From Chiloscyllium plagiosum (taxonomy: Eukaryota), in assembly GCF_004010195.1 (NCBI RefSeq), contig NC_057711.1, forward strand, positions 77,198,795-77,262,794: DNA of 64,000 nucleotides. The letters run 5' to 3'. The notes under the pieces are model-generated. The model was given only the letters and a program-made list of their open reading frames with translations, was not told the origin of the DNA and searched no databases. Position 1 is the stretch's first letter. Every line of letters starts with the position of its first letter. The translations under genes and the position numbers were made by a program. Of this stretch, positions 60,878-64,000 are shown piece by piece.

Positions 60878-61235
60878 ATCAGCCTTGATTCAATGAAAGC
60901 ACTTCCACTTCTGATTTGCAATGTAGTAGATTGTGCCCACTCCACAGACTTAAAGACATAATCTTGGTTGACACATCAGTGTCGTGTTGAGGGAGTGCTG
61001 CACTGTTTATCTTTAAAAATGTTATCTTTGAGATCATGTGAATGTAACGAAGCCTGTGACACAATTAAATGAGTACTGCAGCTCTTCTCATTATCCTGCT
61101 GACACCCTTGAACAAACTGTTTTTTTAATCTCACTGGTGTTTTGAAATGGTGTTGCATTTGCCTAAATTGAAACAGTGATTGGGATTGCAAGTCCTTCAC
61201 AAACTGTGAAGTACTTTGGGACTGAGAATGTAAAA
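60878..61235 (+). mobile_element. Deu-domain SINE (SacSINE1/AmnSINE-like), decayed
   Basis: ggttgacacatcagtgtcgtgttgagggagtgctgcactgt resembles the Deu core; tail gtgaagtactttgggac. Confidence 0.65.
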
Positions 61236-61796
61236 CATACTATTTCCCTTGTATATTTGTATATAAACTTGTATATTTGTCCTACCATAAATTTGAGACA
61301 AGTAAATCTATACTTAAAAGTTCAATATAATTCAGTGTCAAGTGTAGCAGAGTATAAACCAAAATATTGTAGATAGTTGAAAACTGAAATAAAACAGAAA
61401 AGACTGGAAATTCGAAACAGGTCAGGAACATTAGAAAGAGAAACTGTTCCCATTTCAGGTTAATCAGAACTCAGTAAACCAGCAAGGGAATCAAGTCCTT
61501 TCAAAGGAATCAGTCCCTTGGCTGAATGTAGTTCAGCGTGGAGTTTCCAAGTCAGAAGAGTTCAAATAGAATAACTACAGCAGTTTTGCAATAAACTGAT
61601 CTGACCTTTTGCAAGACTTTTTAGCCTTGCCAGTTATTTTAAAATTCAAATCATTCCCCAACTAAAATTATAAACGCAAATTCTTAGTTCATGAACTGAG
61701 TTAAGGAAATGCACTTTGGTTGGATGGTTGTGACAGCATTTAATGCAGAAATTGTGGTAGAAGAGAAAAGGAAAACTTGCTATGATCGTACATGGT

Positions 61797-61870
61797 CAAA
61801 AAAAGTGTGGCGCTGGAAAAACACAGCCGGTCAGGCAGCATCCAAGGAGCATAGGCTCTTCATCAGGAAT
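61797..61870 (-). mobile_element. Penelope-terminus fragment with half hammerhead
   Basis: gctggaaaaacacagccggtcaggcagcatccaaggagcataggctcttcatcaggaat. Confidence 0.75.
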
Positions 61871-61904
61871 GGTCGTACATGGGTTTAGTATGATTAAACC
61901 TGCA

Positions 61905-63345
61905 GTATTGTGCTTACTTTTGGTCTACATATATAAGGATGTGTTTACATAAAAGACAACAGTTAAAGTTCACTAAATTGATTTTTGAAATGAGAGGGTT
62001 ATCCTGCAATGAGAGGTTGAAAAAGTTGGGTTTATGCTCTCTGGAGGCAGGAAAAAAAAAAGAGTAGTCATCTTCGTCTGACATACAAGCTTTTGAAGGA
62101 GCTTGATAGGGAGAGCACAGAGTTGATTTCCCCTGTTGGGGGGAATCTGACACATGGGAATGTTTATTATTCTCTGGATGATAAGTTGACCATTTGGGAT
62201 TGTGGGGAGGGGAGACCTTTCTGCTCACCCCCACCCTGTGTAGCCACCTCCTCATCCCTCAAACGCCTCAGGCAGTCTCCTCCTTTCATCGTCTCACTGG
62301 GCACTTCCTCTCTTTCTCGTTCAGCCACGTTACACTCAGCAGACATCCCACTTCTCTTACCAAGAACCCCCATTCCCTCCACCCACCCCACCCCCCACTT
62401 GCAGGCAGTCCACTCCCCACCCAAGCCTTCAGCAAAGCCTTAACCACTATGGCCAGCAAATGGCTCCAACATCTCCAGTAACTCTGTCAGTGCTGTCAAT
62501 TCGCTTCTGAACTGCTGCCCTTCTCCCAAATTTGCTGACAGCAAACACATGAGAGAACTTAGCTTTAATCTAAGAAGCAGTTCCTCACTGTTTCTGTCCA
62601 TTATGGGGTAACATTTCTGCTGTTTGTCACACCCACATTTTAATTTTCCCCTACAATTTGATGGCTTTTGGGAATAATTTCACCCAATGCCATTTATTTT
62701 AAACCCAGATCACTACACAGATTATGACAGTATTCTCATAAATCACATGTAACAGCTTGTATATTGTTCTGAAAGTATTCCAAAGTTACTTTCACAGTCC
62801 TTCATTCCAGTTGAATACTGAGCCAAATGGAAAGCTCCATCATCCAGTTGGCCGAAGTCCAACATCGAAATAGTAAGGTGTTCCATCATATTTGCCTTGC
62901 ATTGGTCACAAGTAGTTCGGAAAACAGAAGAACCTGGGTTGGTTAGGATCATATTCACTTGAGTTTAGAAGATTTGAGAGGCAGGTGGGGTGCTGTGGGT
63001 TGACAGGACTACACAAGTTAGATGCAGGAAGGGTGGTGTTCTTCTTGGCTCTGAAGTCCAGAGTCTAAGGATGATGGGTAGGCCTTTTAGGACAAAGATG
63101 AGGAGAAATTTCTTCATCCAGACAATAGCGAGCATCTGAAATGCTCTGCCGCAGAGTTGAGACCAAAACACTGGAAAATTCAAAATGTCAATATATTTCT
63201 TAGGACCAAGGTGGACAAAGAATATAGGGAGAAAGCAGGAACAGCTTGCTGCACTGAATGATCATCCACAAATATATCTACTCATGGAGCACTGTTGAAG
63301 TGTCAAATAGCCTATTCCTACATTCTGTATTTCTATTTTTTCTAT
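61905..63345 (+). mobile_element. Two decayed CR1 3' fragments (61905-62190, 62965-63345)
   Basis: cagtattgtgcttacttttggtct (YCAYFWS); gatgaggagaaatttcttcatccaga (MRRNFF). Confidence 0.7.
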
Positions 63346-63614
63346 GGCAGCTGTCGAAGAGCTAGATAACATAGTTCCTTTCTAATCACAGTTCTGCACA
63401 GAAGTGTCAACTGATGTTATATTCCCAAATCTGTGGAAAAGGATACAACTTGCAATTTAAAATAAATAGTGCTACCTATTTTTAGTACAATGACAAATCA
63501 AGAGTGCTGGAAAACAGGCAAACACAAAGTATCCTGTTTCCTCTGGGTGCATTAGGTTAAAATGACAGCTCTGCTTTATCATTAACATGCCGTAACTTTA
63601 CTCATAAGACCACG

Positions 63615-64000
63615 TGTCACAAAGCTAAATTTTTTTTTGCTTGGCTCCTTGGCTCAAGGACACTCTGTCCTTGAATTTTTCAGAGGGGTAATAAACCAGG
63701 CCTGGCTCCAATCAGTCTGGTTTGGAACAGAGATGAACAGGATTTTGAGAGACGTTTTGTTTGTATGTAAACAGATGAGACTTCAGGCCAAAGTGATCAT
63801 GTTTTAGAAGTGACCTGTATAAAGAAAGGGGCGTGGTCAGCCCTCCAGCTGAGCTGAGCAGTTTAATTCAGTCTTGAATTGGTAGGAAGTTCGACAGGGA
63901 TGTGTGTGGAAACTCACTCTCTCTCTCCTTTCTGCCCTGCAACTTCAACCCGTAAGCATGTGTTCCATTTACACTGGTTTTTAAAAGGAGTTTGCTTATT
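63615..64000 (+). mobile_element. Probable LTR, running off the window edge
   Basis: Starts tgtcaca; tataaag and ggggcgtggtc promoter-like motifs, followed by a CT-rich tract. Confidence 0.45.

Noticed and set aside
1..64000. CRISPR array, prokaryotic operon or endogenous virus
   Set aside because: No regularly spaced repeat-spacer array, no gene-dense region and no viral ORF seen; the sequence is vertebrate intron.

Overview
Eukaryotic, repeat-rich vertebrate DNA. The repeat complement (HE1/V-SINEs with (TAATC)n tails, HER1-like CR1 LINEs, Deu-domain SINEs, Penelope elements) points to a cartilaginous fish, probably a shark (inference). The only host gene I can support is on the minus strand: three GT-AG coding exons (18947-19051, 7831-8033, 4972-5165) that splice in frame into the N-terminal DHH-family domain of a PRUNE2-like protein, equivalent to exons 2-4. 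I did not find exon 1 or exon 5 onward, so the rest of the window is probably intron. It is filled with decayed, often nested CR1, L2, Rex1/Babar, Gypsy and Penelope retroelements. Two things stand out. (1) This PRUNE2-like protein keeps a family-signature IIDHH motif, tandemly duplicated to DHHDHH, plus VGSCSTL, which mammalian PRUNE2 lacks as I recall it. (2) At least three different Penelope-associated families carry minimal type I hammerhead ribozyme motifs, including short self-complementary hairpin elements, two of which are flanked by 15-16 bp target-site duplications. Repeat boundaries were read by eye and are approximate; exon and ribozyme coordinates were counted to the base.
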